A DNA stretch of 64,000 nt from an uncultured Chloroflexia bacterium (GCA_963797735.1 CAWCQJ010000005.1:4812-68811); one strand, 5' to 3'; counted from the stretch's first letter, positions 49,568-60,342 are shown. Translations and numbers: made by a program. Notes: generated by a model from the letters alone, not told the origin.

Positions 49568-50032
49568 GTGACCAACATCCAGGACCTTTTTCAGTACAAC
49601 GCCTGGGCCAACGCGCTCGTTCTGGCAGAGACAGACAAGCTCTCGGATACGGAGTTGCGTGCGCCGATGGATGAACTCGGCGGGTCGGCGTTGGAGCTGC
49701 TTGGGCATACGGCTCAGACGGAAGCCGCTTTCCTGGGGCTCATGACCGGGGCAACTGAACGCCCGACTCGCGAAACCGAGTATCTACACATTCGGGAACG
49801 GCTGGTGGCGAACAGCACCGGATTCCTGGTCGCAATGCCACAGCTATCAAAGCGGCTCTCAGAGCCATTTCGGGTGCCGTGGTTCGAGCGAGAGTTCACC
49901 ATCGAGCAGGGATTAATGCAGGTAGCAACGCATTCGGTGCAGCACCGGGCCGGGATTTGCGCGGGAATCGCCCGCGCCGGACGAGAAGCACCGGGGCTCG
50001 ATTACATTCAGTGGTTGTACGGGCACCGCTAG
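49568..50032 (+). CDS. DinB family protein
   Basis: GTG start with a GGGGGA SD. LFQYNAWANALVL and QVATHSVQHRAG. Confidence 0.75.
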   Translation: MTNIQDLFQYNAWANALVLAETDKLSDTELRAPMDELGGSALELLGHTAQTEAAFLGLMTGATERPTRETEYLHIRERLVANSTGFLVAMPQLSKRLSEPFRVPWFEREFTIEQGLMQVATHSVQHRAGICAGIARAGREAPGLDYIQWLYGHR

Positions 50033-50063
50033 GGCCTGGCCCCTCGTCTGAACGGCTGTCCGG

Positions 50064-50116
50064 CCTCATCCCCCGACCCTCTCCCGACTCGGCTTTGTTA
50101 CGTGGGACAGGGCGAG
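50064..50116. repeat. REP-like element, divergent copy 4
   Basis: CCTCATCCCCCGACCCTCTCCCG... shares the 5' arm with copy 1 at 4263. Confidence 0.5.
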
Positions 50117-50159
50117 TGTTGATTGGGAACAGCAATCAGCATGGTAGGCGGGAAGCTTC

Positions 50160-50190
50160 ACTGCCCTCTGCGCTGGGCTAGAGGGGACGG
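50160..50190. repeat. REP-like hairpin (CCCTCT...AGAGGG)
   Basis: CACTGCCCTCTGCGCTGGGCTAGAGGGGACGG has the same arm motif as the other copies. Confidence 0.45.
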
Positions 50191-50225
50191 TGGCCGGTCG
50201 CTAACGCTCGCGGTTCGTCCGGTGG

Positions 50226-50492
50226 TTAGCCGCCGCCGAGTGCTGGGACGATCGCAATCTCCACGTCCGGGGCCAGGGTGTCGTGAAGGGCCAGGGGGTA
50301 GACCTCGCCGTTGATAGCAAAGGCCAGTTCGGGGCGCAGGCGGCGGTTCTCCTCGACGACACGGTCGTAGAAACCGGGGCATTGTGCGTCGACTGCGCGC
50401 AGGACTTCGCCAACCGTTGCGCCCGGGACTTCGAGTTTCGAAGCCCCGGCGCAAAAGTCACGCAGAGTGGCAGGGATGATGACAAGGGCCAT
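50226..50492 (-). CDS. MoaD/ThiS-family ubiquitin-like sulfur-carrier protein ending in Gly-Gly
   Basis: 88 aa. The C-terminus ...EIAIVPALGGG has the stop directly after GG. Its start overlaps the upstream stop (TGATG). Confidence 0.8.
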   Translation of the reverse strand: MALVIIPATLRDFCAGASKLEVPGATVGEVLRAVDAQCPGFYDRVVEENRRLRPELAFAINGEVYPLALHDTLAPDVEIAIVPALGGG

Positions 50493-50845
50493 CAGACCAT
50501 CAGCAACGCAGCCGGATGCAACGTCCGGGTGAAGGGATTCAGTACGAGACCGAGTTCCTCGAGCGTTACGGCCCCGAGAAGCGCAACGTCGCCGGTCTGC
50601 CCGAAGATGATCGGCGTCGGCGTCTCTCCAAGCTCGACAAGATTCACTGTTGCAAGTCCTATCTCACGGGTCATTTCTGTCGCATCGGTGAGGCGGAACC
50701 GTTGGCGTCGCCGCCCGGCAAGGCCGATCTGCCGCCAGACTTCTTCGGGCAGCAGCGTGTACTGTGCACCGCTGTCGACTAAGAAATCGACAGCGGCGCT
50801 ACCACTCGGTCCGGTCACGGTGCCCGAAACATAGGTGATGCCCAT
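50492..50845 (-). CDS. retropepsin-like (clan AA) aspartic protease
   Basis: 117 aa with FLVDSGAQYTLL (DSGA active site) and ALLGAVTLEELGLVLN. Confidence 0.75.
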   Translation of the reverse strand: MGITYVSGTVTGPSGSAAVDFLVDSGAQYTLLPEEVWRQIGLAGRRRQRFRLTDATEMTREIGLATVNLVELGETPTPIIFGQTGDVALLGAVTLEELGLVLNPFTRTLHPAALLMV

Positions 50846-50854
50846 GTTTCGATC

Positions 50855-53122
50855 CTACTCCAGGCCGTTCAGCGTCTCCACGATTCGGCGGGGGGACATC
50901 GGCAGGTCCGTGAAGCGGTGGCCGGTTGCGTCTGCGATGGCGTTCGCGATGGCCGCCAACGGTGGGACGATCGGCACTTCGCCGACGCCGCGCACGCCGT
51001 AGGGGTGTCCCGGGTTCGGGACTTCCACAAGCACGGTGTCGATCATCGGAACGTCGAGGGCGGTCGGCATGCGGTAGTCGAGGAAGCTCGAGTTCACCAT
51101 GCGGCCGTCATCGTCGTAGAAGTACTCCTCGTTCAGTGCCCAGCCGATACCCTGAACGACTCCGCCCTGGATCTGGCCTTCGACGTACGAAGGGTGGATC
51201 GCGGTGCCGACGTCCTGGGTGGCGGTGTAGCGAAGGATCGTCACCTTACCGGTATCCGGGTCGACTTCGACATCCACGATGTGGGTGGCGAAGGCGCCGC
51301 CGGCGCCGCGGGCGAGGAGCGATGCCTTACCGGCAATCGGCCCACCGGTCCGGGCGCTCTGGCCAGCCATTTCCTTGAAGGTGAGCTCTTTCGTCGAGTC
51401 CTTCAGGCTGTGAAGCTTGCCGGATTCGTAGACGACCTCTTCTTCGGGAGCGCCCCAGAGCTTGGCGGCACGAGCGATCATCTGGCGACGGATATCCATA
51501 CCGGCTTCAAAACAGGCGAGGCCGCTGGCGAAGGTCGTCCGCGAACCGCCGGTGACGTCGTTGTGACCGATCGAGTCGGTATCAACAACCGTTGGGCGAA
51601 TGGTTTCGTATTCCACGCCGAGCGTTTCGGCGAGCTGCATTGCGAGAGAGGCGCGAGTGCCACCGATGTCAGTCGAGCCTTCGACGAGGTTCACGGTGCC
51701 GTCGTTGTTGACGTTAGCCACGACCGATGACTGCATGCCGCCGTTGAACCAGTAGCCCGAGGCGACGCCGCGGCCACGGTTCGGGCCTTCGATGGGCGAC
51801 TTCCAGTGCGGCGAATCGATGGCAGCTTGAACGGTCTCTTCGGCGCCGATTCGTGGGAACGAAACGCCATTGACCATGCGCGTGCCTTCTTTGGAGGCGT
51901 TCGTGCTTCGGAACTGGAGCGGGTCGAGGCCTTGTTTCTTGCAGATCTCGTCGATGACGCTTTCGATTGCGAAGGCGGCGGCCGGGGCGCCAGGAGCGCG
52001 GTAGGCGGCGGTCTTGGGCTTGTTGACGACCACGTCGTAGGCGTGGAGTTCGAACGAGTCGATGTTGTACGGCGAAAGCATGGTCATGGAGCCAGCGCCA
52101 ACGGAGGAACCGGGGAATGCGCCGGCTTCGTAGCAGAGCGTCGCCTGGACAGCCGTGAGGCGGTCACCCTTCGCGGCGGCCTTCACCTTGATGTAGGTGC
52201 CACTGGTGGGGCCGCTACCTTCGAAGACGTCGGTGCGGCTCATGAGGACCTTCACCGGGTGGCCGCTCTTCTTGGAGAGCAGTGCAGCGACGGGGTCGAG
52301 ATAGATCGGGAGCTTGCCGCCAAAGCCGCCGCCGATTTCCATCGGTACGACCTTGATGCTGGCGATCGGGTGCTTGAGCACATCGGCGGTCAAGTTGCGA
52401 ACGGCGAACGCACCCTGGGTGCTCGTCCAGATGGTCAGGGTGTCGTCGGAGTTCCAGTTTGCGGTCGAGTTGTGGGGCTCGAGGTAGCCCTGGTGGACCA
52501 TGGTCGTCGTGAACTCGCGTTCGACGATGATGTCGGCCTCAGCGAAAGCGGTGTCGAGCTCTCCGCCGGCGAACTTGTTGTAGCTGGCGATGTTCGAGGC
52601 CTTCTCGGACAGTTCGCCGGTCATGAGCGTCTTGGTGTGGCGATTTTCGTTCAGCAGCGGGGCATCTTCGCGCATCGCGTCGCGGACGTTGAGGACGGGC
52701 GGCAGAACTTCGTACTGGACCTTGATCTTGGCCAGCGCTTCTTCGGCGATGTGGCCATTCAGCGCGGCGACGGCCGCGACCGCATGGCCGCGATACAGAA
52801 CCTTGTCGGAAGCGAGGATGTTGTCCAGCGCGTCCTTCAGGTTCATGGCGGTTTCGCCGAGTTCTTCGATCTTGTCTTCAGCTTTGGGGAAATCGCTCGA
52901 GGTGATTACGGCGAGGACGCCGGGGTGCTTTGCAGCTTCAGTTGTGTCGATGGAAAGAATCTTCGCGTGAGCGTGGGGAGAGCGAAGGATGCGGCCCTGG
53001 ATCAGGCCCGGGAGATGGATGTCGGCGCCATACTGGGCCTTACCCGTGACTTTTTCCGCGCCATCCGGACGGACGGGGCGGGTGCCGATGACTTTGTATT
53101 CCGATCGTTCGACGGTTGTCAT
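50855..53122 (-). CDS. xanthine dehydrogenase-family molybdopterin-binding subunit
   Basis: 755 aa with N-terminal VTGKAQYGADI and GGGFGGK. The loop AAYRAPGAP differs from the CODH loops AYRCSFR and AYRGAGR. Confidence 0.9.
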   Translation of the reverse strand: MTTVERSEYKVIGTRPVRPDGAEKVTGKAQYGADIHLPGLIQGRILRSPHAHAKILSIDTTEAAKHPGVLAVITSSDFPKAEDKIEELGETAMNLKDALDNILASDKVLYRGHAVAAVAALNGHIAEEALAKIKVQYEVLPPVLNVRDAMREDAPLLNENRHTKTLMTGELSEKASNIASYNKFAGGELDTAFAEADIIVEREFTTTMVHQGYLEPHNSTANWNSDDTLTIWTSTQGAFAVRNLTADVLKHPIASIKVVPMEIGGGFGGKLPIYLDPVAALLSKKSGHPVKVLMSRTDVFEGSGPTSGTYIKVKAAAKGDRLTAVQATLCYEAGAFPGSSVGAGSMTMLSPYNIDSFELHAYDVVVNKPKTAAYRAPGAPAAAFAIESVIDEICKKQGLDPLQFRSTNASKEGTRMVNGVSFPRIGAEETVQAAIDSPHWKSPIEGPNRGRGVASGYWFNGGMQSSVVANVNNDGTVNLVEGSTDIGGTRASLAMQLAETLGVEYETIRPTVVDTDSIGHNDVTGGSRTTFASGLACFEAGMDIRRQMIARAAKLWGAPEEEVVYESGKLHSLKDSTKELTFKEMAGQSARTGGPIAGKASLLARGAGGAFATHIVDVEVDPDTGKVTILRYTATQDVGTAIHPSYVEGQIQGGVVQGIGWALNEEYFYDDDGRMVNSSFLDYRMPTALDVPMIDTVLVEVPNPGHPYGVRGVGEVPIVPPLAAIANAIADATGHRFTDLPMSPRRIVETLNGLE

Positions 53123-53124
53123 GG

Positions 53125-53604
53125 TTATTTCGTCTCCTGGAGTTCGGTGGCGGCACGCTGCACGGCGCGGACGATTTTGTCGTATCCGGTGCAGCGGCAA
53201 AGGTTGCCCGAGAGCCAGAAGCGGATCCTGTGCTCATCGGGGTTCGGCTCCGTATCGAGGAGCGCCTTGGCGGACATGATGAATCCAGGGGTACAGATGC
53301 CGCACTGAAGCGCAGCTTCCTGGAGGAATGCTTCCTGGAGCGGATGAAGCTGGTCGCCCTCGGCGAGACCTTCGATGGTGGTGACTTTGCGGCCCTCGGT
53401 TTCGACAGCGAGGACGCAGCAGGAGTTCACGACGCGACCATCAAGGTTCACAGCGCAGGCGCCGCAGTTGCCGTTGTTGCATCCTTCCTTCGCGCCGGTG
53501 AGACCGATCTCATCGCGAAGGATCTCAAGGAGGCTCTGGCGGGATTCACAAAGAAAGTCGGTTTCGACCCCGTTCAGAGTCGTGTTCACATGTGTTCGAG
53601 CCAT
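53125..53604 (-). CDS. (2Fe-2S)-binding subunit of the Mo-hydroxylase
   Basis: GCNNGNCGACAV and CGICTPG...CRCTGY cysteine clusters. Confidence 0.92.
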   Translation of the reverse strand: MARTHVNTTLNGVETDFLCESRQSLLEILRDEIGLTGAKEGCNNGNCGACAVNLDGRVVNSCCVLAVETEGRKVTTIEGLAEGDQLHPLQEAFLQEAALQCGICTPGFIMSAKALLDTEPNPDEHRIRFWLSGNLCRCTGYDKIVRAVQRAATELQETK

Positions 53605-53607
53605 AAG

Positions 53608-54480
53608 TTAGCGAGTCTCCCGGATTCGGTTGAGCGCGTTTTCGAGCGCGCGAACGGTGAGGATTTTGGACAGGTGCTTGCGCTGGGCGACGCCACCGCG
53701 CATGTCGTCGATTGGTGTGGCGGCAGCGGCAGCGGCTTCGCCAGCAGCGGCGAAGGTTTCCGCATTGGCCGACTTGCCGACGAGGGCTGCCGCAGCGGCG
53801 GGGACCATCACCGGAGTCGCAGCGACGGCGCCAAGAGCGACTCGAGCAGCCGTGATGTTGTTGTCGGCATCGACGGTTATTGAGACGCCTGAGGAGGCGA
53901 CCGCGATGTCCATTTCGTTGCGAGGGATGAATCGGTGGTAGAAGGCGCCGGAGTTCGGCACCGCTGCCGGGATCTTCACCTGCAGAAGCAGTTCTCCCGG
54001 TTGAAGCGTGTTACGGCCAGGACCGGCGAAGAAGTCTTCCGCGGAGATTTCTCGGGTGCCGCTGCTTGAGGCGATGACCAGCTTCGCACCGAGGGCCATG
54101 AGCGCCGGGGACGAGTCCGCTGCCGGGCTGGCGTTACAGAGGTTTCCGCCGAGCGTCGCGCGCGACTGAATGGCGATTCCACCGATGATGGTCGCGCAAT
54201 CGACAAGCGCCGGAAATCGCTTCTGGATTTCCGTGTCTTCGTAGAGTTCGGCGAGCGGTACGGCCGCTCCGATTTCGAGCGAGCCATCCGAGTTGAGTTT
54301 GTACGACATCATCTCGGGAATGTGCTTCAGGTCGACAAGTTGGTCGCACTGGCGGCGCCCTTCGCGAAGCTGAACGATGACATCAGTGCCACCGGCGAGC
54401 AGAAGCGAGGTTTTGCCGTTGCCGAGCGCACTGAACGCTTCGTTCAGCGAGCGCGGCGCGAGATAGTCAAAGGAGTCCAT
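53608..54480 (-). CDS. FAD-binding (medium) subunit of the Mo-hydroxylase
   Basis: LLAGGTDVIVQL and ATLGGNLCNASPAADS. ATG at 54480. Confidence 0.88.
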   Translation of the reverse strand: MDSFDYLAPRSLNEAFSALGNGKTSLLLAGGTDVIVQLREGRRQCDQLVDLKHIPEMMSYKLNSDGSLEIGAAVPLAELYEDTEIQKRFPALVDCATIIGGIAIQSRATLGGNLCNASPAADSSPALMALGAKLVIASSSGTREISAEDFFAGPGRNTLQPGELLLQVKIPAAVPNSGAFYHRFIPRNEMDIAVASSGVSITVDADNNITAARVALGAVAATPVMVPAAAAALVGKSANAETFAAAGEAAAAAATPIDDMRGGVAQRKHLSKILTVRALENALNRIRETR

Positions 54481-54609
54481 GCACCATCCTTGGGTTTGAG
54501 CGGAGGCCCGCGAACCGGCGAGCCGCGTATTGCCTTGAATGATACGGGGCTGACAGTGGGTTGTCTTGAACGGGCGTTCAAAGCCGACAGGCGCAGTACA
54601 ATCCTCGGC

Positions 54610-56441
54610 ATGCGGAAGTTCTTGCTCTTGTTCGCGTTCGCGGCCCTTCTTGTCGGCTTGGTTGCGACGAATCCGCAGAGCGCGAGCGCCGATGAAGGCT
54701 GGACGATCAACTCGTTCGACATCGTCTACGACGTCCAAAAAGACGGGACGATTGAAGCCACCGAGACGATTAAGGCAGACTTCGGTTCCCTTTCGAAGCA
54801 CGGAATCTTCCGCTACTTCAATACGAAGATCCCGTGCGGGTCTCCGATCACCGGGGCGCAGCAGCCCATCACTCCCTGCCCGGATGGCGAATACCGCCAG
54901 TACGACTACTCCTTTGAGAGCGTTAAGAAGACGAACGGCGGAACCTGGAAGTACGACGTCAGCAACGCGAACGGAAAGGTGACGGTCAAGATCGGCGACG
55001 GCGACGTCTTCATTTCCGGCCGGCAGGACTACGTCATCAAGTACACGGTCCGGGGCGCGTTCGATGCCTACGACGACCACGACGAACTCTACTGGGACGC
55101 CTCAGGCGAGTGGCCCGTGCCGATCGAGGCGTTCACGCTGACTGTGAAGCTGCCCCCGGGCGCGAAATCGATGGCGGCCTGCTACGAAGGCTATGCCGGC
55201 TCGAACGCGGAGTGCGCTGCCTCGGCGGACGGTTCGACCATCAGCTACCAGAGCACCCGGGAACTTTCTTCGAATGAACAGGTCACGATTGTCGCGGGAT
55301 GGCAGCACGGCATTGTGGACGTCGCCGTTCCGGTGCTGGCCGAGCGAACGACCTTCCGAAGTTTCTTCACGTTCGATGCCCCGGAATTCGGGGGGCTTAT
55401 CGCCAGCGGCATCGTCGGGGTGCTCATTGTCATCGCAGCGTGGTGGCGTTTCGGCCGGGACAAGGCCTACCTGACGATTCACTACCTGACGAACGAGACC
55501 CACGAAGATACGAAACCGATACGCGGCGGACCACCCATAGTGGTCGAGTTCCTGCCGCCAGAGGACCTGCGCCCGGCCCAGATGGGTGTACTGCTAGACG
55601 AACGAGCGGACACGCTCGACGTGACGGCGACGATCATCGACCTGGCCGTGCGGGGCTACCTGCACATCACGGAGATCCCAAAGAAGGGGATGTTCGGAAG
55701 CAAAGACTGGAAGCTGGACAAGCTGAAGGACAGCCGAAGGGCTGAACGCATTCGAAAAGCGCGTGTTCACCGGATTGTTCAACTCGAAGACCGAAGTGGA
55801 ACTTGTCCGACCTCAAGTACAAGTTCGCCGACGACCTCGTGAAAGCGAAGGACCTGCTCTATAAGGATGCGATGGCGCAGAAGTGGTTCGCGATTAAGCC
55901 GGAAACTGCTCGCGGGATGTGGGTCATCGTGGCCATCAGCATGATGATCCTTGGGGTCGGCCTGTCGTGCTTCGCGGCGATATTTTGGCATCGAGGGCTG
56001 TTTTTCCTCGGGCTAATTCCTGCGGGGCTGGTCATGATGGGTGTATCCCGCGCGATGGCGAGCCGGACGGCAAAAGGCAGCGAGACGTTGCGCCGGGTCC
56101 TGGGCTTCCGGCTGTACATCGAAACCGCGGAGAAGTATAGGCAGCAGTTCAACGAGGAAGAAAACATCTTCGCGCGCTACTTGCCGTTTGCCATCGTGTT
56201 CGGGTGTGTGGGCAAGTGGGCCAAGGCGTTCGAGGGCCTCGAGGCGACAGCGGCGGCCTCAACTTCTGGCTGGTACAGCGGGACGGGAGCGTTCCAGGCG
56301 ATGGCGTTCTCAAGCAGCCTACAGAGCTTCTCGAGTTCCGTGAGCTCGACCATCAGCAGCACCCAATCGAGCGGGGGCTCCGGGTTCTCCGGCGGTTCCT
56401 CGGGCGGCGGCGGCGGTGGTGGCGGCGGCGGGAGCTGGTGA
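54610..56441 (+). pseudogene. DUF2207-family membrane protein, two frameshifts
   Basis: Signal peptide and extracellular domain (54610-~55735), a short middle frame (PEGLNAFEKRVFTGLFNSKTEVEL), then 55803-56441 with TM helices and a Gly-rich tail GGSSGGGGGGGGGGSW. Junctions are near 55731-55742 and 55799-55806. Confidence 0.8.
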
Positions 56442-56514
56442 GGTTGGCCGGTTGGTCGTCAGTCGTAGGTCTTAAGCCCGGAATTGCGACACAGCTCCCA
56501 GCTGAGCCCTGTAC

Positions 56515-57249
56515 CTAGGGACTCTCTGCGAGCCACTGCCTTAGCTGGTGCGGGACGTTGGTGATGATGCCGTCGACGCCGGCTTCCACGACGCGTTCCC
56601 AGTCGGCAGGAGTATCGGCCGTCCACGTCCAGACCGACACCTGGCGGCGTTTTGCCTTTTCAACGAGCGCCCGATCGACGCAATCGTGGCGGACGGAGAT
56701 AGCCTGGGCGTTGCGCTTCATAAGACCACCGAGCAAGCGGTCGACCTGCTCGCCGGCGATCGGGCCAGTGATGATTGTCGCGGAGATCCTGGGCTCTGTG
56801 TTTCGCGCGCGTTCGACCATCTCCGGGTTGAACGAGTGGACGGCGGTCCATGCCTCGGCATTGTGGCGGCGTATCACTTCGACCACTGCGTCGACGCAGG
56901 CCTGGTCCTGTTCGGGCGCGCCCGGGGTCGCCTTGAGTTCGCACATCACGGTTAGCCGTCCTGCGACAAGTGCGAGTACCTGGTCGAGAGTCGGGACGGG
57001 TTCACCGTCGCCAGCATCGGCCGCCTGCAGCTCTGCAAGCGTTCGTTCGCGAACTGGTCCGCGAAGGTTCGTCGTGCGATCGACGGTGTCATCGTGCATC
57101 AGCACGGGAATGCCATCGGCACAGAGCTGAACATCGATCTCCATGGCTTCGGCGGAGGCATCGAGACAGCTTCGTACGCCGGCGAGCGTATTCGCGGGGG
57201 CCTCGCCAGCGGCGCAGGCATGCCCAATTACCAGGACGTAGGGCTTCAT
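56515..57249 (-). CDS. glycerophosphodiester phosphodiesterase
   Basis: VIGHACAAGEAPANTL, EIDVQLCADGIPVLMHD and DGIITN. Confidence 0.85.
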   Translation of the reverse strand: MKPYVLVIGHACAAGEAPANTLAGVRSCLDASAEAMEIDVQLCADGIPVLMHDDTVDRTTNLRGPVRERTLAELQAADAGDGEPVPTLDQVLALVAGRLTVMCELKATPGAPEQDQACVDAVVEVIRRHNAEAWTAVHSFNPEMVERARNTEPRISATIITGPIAGEQVDRLLGGLMKRNAQAISVRHDCVDRALVEKAKRRQVSVWTWTADTPADWERVVEAGVDGIITNVPHQLRQWLAESP

Positions 57250-57307
57250 TGCGATGACTTTACGCGGCCCGGATTATCAATGGAATCCGGGCCTTCGTGC
57301 CCATGCC

Positions 57308-57551
57308 TTACTCGCCGTCGCAGGCGATAAAGATGCAAGGGTTGTATTTGCCAAGCGACGAGTAGGCCTCGGCCTCCGTCTTCTGTGTCCCGTGTGATAT
57401 CGAGCTCGGGACTATTGGAGCGGCATCGCCTTCGTAGTGAGCGTAGTCACCGCCGCTTGAATTGCCGCCAGCAAATGCGCCAGCCAGCATGAACTACCGC
57501 GAGCGGTATTGCGACGATTCCTGCGTAGACTTTTGAGAGAGTGGAGTTCAT
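57308..57551 (-). pseudogene. possible small secreted or anchored protein, frameshifted
   Basis: MNSTLSKVYAGIVAIPLAVV (ATG 57551) runs into ORF 57308-57490 (MLAGAFAGGNSSGG...CIFIACDGE) after a 1-nt shift near 57490. Speculative. Confidence 0.3.
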
Positions 57552-57746
57552 TAGAGCGGATCCCTTTCACGATTGGTTTCTGCTCCTACACCAATCCTGT
57601 GGGATTCGCCGGGCGGGCGATGTGACGCGCATCACTTCGAAGGAAAATTGGCACGAAACCGCCCGGCCAGGGCCGCGGGCGCTTTACAGCGACGCGCGCG
57701 GACTCCTTCTGGCCGGGGTCGCGCTGTGGCCGCTCCACGTTGCATC

Positions 57747-58139
57747 TCACGCACGAATAGGGTGCCTCGAAGGGATATGCGTGAGTTGCACGCCGATGGA
57801 ATCCTGATCTTCCTCCACCGTCACGCGCACGCGGCGATGGCGGGCGAAGTCCATGGGGCTATCAGCGACACCTGCCCGAGCTGAGAAACCAAGGCCGCGA
57901 CTCGTCGCTTCGAGCCATGCTCCGAGGAGTGTGTTCACGGCGAATTCCGGGAGGTCCTGCAGCTCGCGCTCGGCAATGGGACCGACCGAAGGATCGGTTT
58001 CGCTGATAACGCGGCTGACCATGCGGAGCGGTTCAATTGGCGATTTCAGTGCGTCGATCATCCGCGCCCGAAATTCAGGATCGCGCTCCTGCCGCTCGCA
58101 GAACCACCAGAGAAATTCTTCGCAACCGGTGTGGCCCAT
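57747..58139 (-). CDS. hypothetical protein
   Basis: 130-aa ORF divergent from the LuxR gene. No motif recognised. Confidence 0.45.
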   Translation of the reverse strand: MGHTGCEEFLWWFCERQERDPEFRARMIDALKSPIEPLRMVSRVISETDPSVGPIAERELQDLPEFAVNTLLGAWLEATSRGLGFSARAGVADSPMDFARHRRVRVTVEEDQDSIGVQLTHIPSRHPIRA

Positions 58140-58162
58140 GGCAGTGCCTCCCCCAAGGATTC

Positions 58163-59780
58163 ATGCCAGTCTTTCGCCTCCCGGAGACCCCGGAAATTCA
58201 ACAGATGATGTATCTTTCGGCGTACAACACGAGGAGCCTGGATTTGAGACTCGCGGAATCTCCGCTCCATGCATATGTCGAAGCTGCCCGCCGCCGAATC
58301 AACCAGCTGCATGGTCCGGGCGAATCGAACTGGCGCGAAATCGTGGACCGCGGCTTCGGCGAAGCTCTCAGCCAGGGCGACCTCTCGGGATTCACGAGAG
58401 TGGTCCAACTTGTGGCTCACTTGCTCGAATCCGAGGGCCGATTCGATGCGATCCTGTCAGAGATTGATTCCGCCCTCGAGCTAACTGTCGAACACCCCGG
58501 ACCGACGGCATCATTGCTCGCATTGCGGGCCTCGGTACTGCCGACCTTTGGGAAGCTCGACGACGCTCGCCAAACGGCGCAGACCGCAGCTGAAATGGCG
58601 GCGATTCACCTCTCCGGGGAGTCGCGGCTGAAAGCCCTCGCGCTTGTCGAATCGACGCGCCTTGTCATCCTGGAACCACCGTCACCCACGTTGCCGAAGT
58701 TAGTTTCGGAACTTACATCGGAGGCGCGCGAACTCGACCACCTCTTTGTTCTGAGTTGGATGGTGCCGTACGTGGTTGCTCATGGAGATTTCGCCGGGGC
58801 AGGACCGCTCATTCGGCGCACGCGAGCCATGGCGCACGCGCAGAATGCCAGCCTGCGGGTGGCCGATGCGGCGGTTTTCGAACGTTGGCAGCACGTTACA
58901 GATGGGACGGCGTTGCTGATCGATGGACGAATCGACCGGCGGGCTCACATTCCGGCGTGGCGAGACGCGTGGCTGGACTTGTGGGTCGCCATACTTCATC
59001 GCAACTGGGCTGCGGCGGAAATCGCCTGCAACACGGTGACCCGACGGGCGCAACGGCTCGGGCCCCACACCGGGGATCCCGCCTACGCGGACGCGCTCTT
59101 CAGAGCGGCGACCACTGGGGAATGTCCCGAAGGGTTAAGTCCAACGCCCGTTCAGGATCTGACGCTCGACAATCTCGCTTCGAATCTCTCCGCCGCCTAC
59201 GCGGTAGGGGTCGCCGGGACTGCTGACGATGCCGCCAGATGGCTGGACTGGGTGAGCAAGCTCCGGCGCCGCGGCATTTCGACAAGCCTGGAAGTGCCCG
59301 TATCGCTCAGCCGCGTCCATGGTTTGCTTGCGCTGAGTGCCGGAAAACCGGTCCTGGCCCGGCGTTCCTTCGACACGGCTGCGAGTGAACGCGAGGCGGG
59401 ACTTGTGCTCGAGGGTGCTATCGCGGCAGTGCAGGCCAGCGAGCTCCGCCTCAAATCCGGGGTTTCGGAACCGCCCGGGGTCGCAGCCACCAACCGAGAC
59501 CGCCTCCTAGCCTTCGGGATTGACCCTGTCCCGCACCAATACCTGGTTCATCGCGCATGGGACGCGGGCAAGGAATCCTCGGCCAAACCGCTGCTTACAC
59601 CGCGAGAACTCGATGTTTTGCGGCAGCTCGAGCACGGCCTTACCTATAAGCAGGTCGGGTACGTCACTTGGCATCGCCTGGACGACCGTCCAGACGCTGT
59701 CGCACCGGATCTACGAGAAGCTCGGCGTTGCCAACCGGATTGAAGCAATCGCGGCAGCCCACCGCCAGGGCCTGCTCTAG
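58163..59780 (+). pseudogene. large LuxR-family transcriptional regulator, frameshift inside the HTH
   Basis: A helical-repeat N-terminal region. The C-terminal LTPRELDVLRQLEHGLTYKQVG continues as TSLGIAWTTVQTLSHRIYEKLGVANRIEAIA in the next frame. The junction is at the GGG run 59657-59659. Start at ATG 58163 or 58205. Confidence 0.8.
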
Positions 59781-59783
59781 CTC

Positions 59784-60193
59784 TTACTGCTTTGGCCCGG
59801 TGTACACGACCTCGAACAAGGATCTTGTCCGGCGATTCGAACATTACCTGGTAGTACGTCTGGTCAGGCGCCTGCGGCGAATTCAGGACGGTGGCGTGGT
59901 GTCTCGAACAGCGCCGCGACGCCCTTGCCTGCGAGGTAGGCGGCGGCGGCATCCACATCGGACTGCGTTTCGGTGGCAATGCCAAGGTGGTTGACGCCTC
60001 GGCCGTCGTAGTCGTTCTCCGCTCCGTTCGCCCCTGACATGAACCAGAGACTGGCTCCATCGCTGCCCCCGATGCCAAGCATCCCATCGCCCTCGTAGAG
60101 CGTTTTCCAGCCAAGGAACGAACCAAGCTCTTTGTAGAAGCCCAGGTTGGCCGTGTCGATTTTGAGTTCAACATGTCCGAGTTTCGTCTGCAT
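59784..60193 (-). pseudogene. VOC/glyoxalase-family protein, two frameshifts in the last 30 codons
   Basis: GHVELKIDT...GVNHLGIAT... continues as PDQTYYQVMFESPDKILV and then EVVYTGPKQ in successive +1 frames. Junctions are near 59866-59873 and 59814-59817. Confidence 0.7.
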
Positions 60194-60310
60194 TTTTTGA
60201 AATCCTCTTCCTGTTTACGTGATGCGCAAACGCGCGAGCGCCGAGAAGGTAACGCGCATCCGAGCGAAGCTCCCAGAGCCCGGTGGCACACACGAGTGGA
60301 ACGGACGATG

Positions 60311-60342
60311 AAAAAGGCGCCCTCTTCGAAGAGAGCGCCTTT
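60311..60342 (-). terminator. intrinsic terminator ending the rRNA operon
   Basis: Minus strand AAAGGCGCTCTCTTC/GAAGAGGGCGCCTTT hairpin followed by TTTTT. Confidence 0.8.

Noticed and set aside
56380-56441. GGC/GGT triplet run
   Set aside because: It encodes the Gly-rich C-terminal tail characteristic of DUF2207 proteins.
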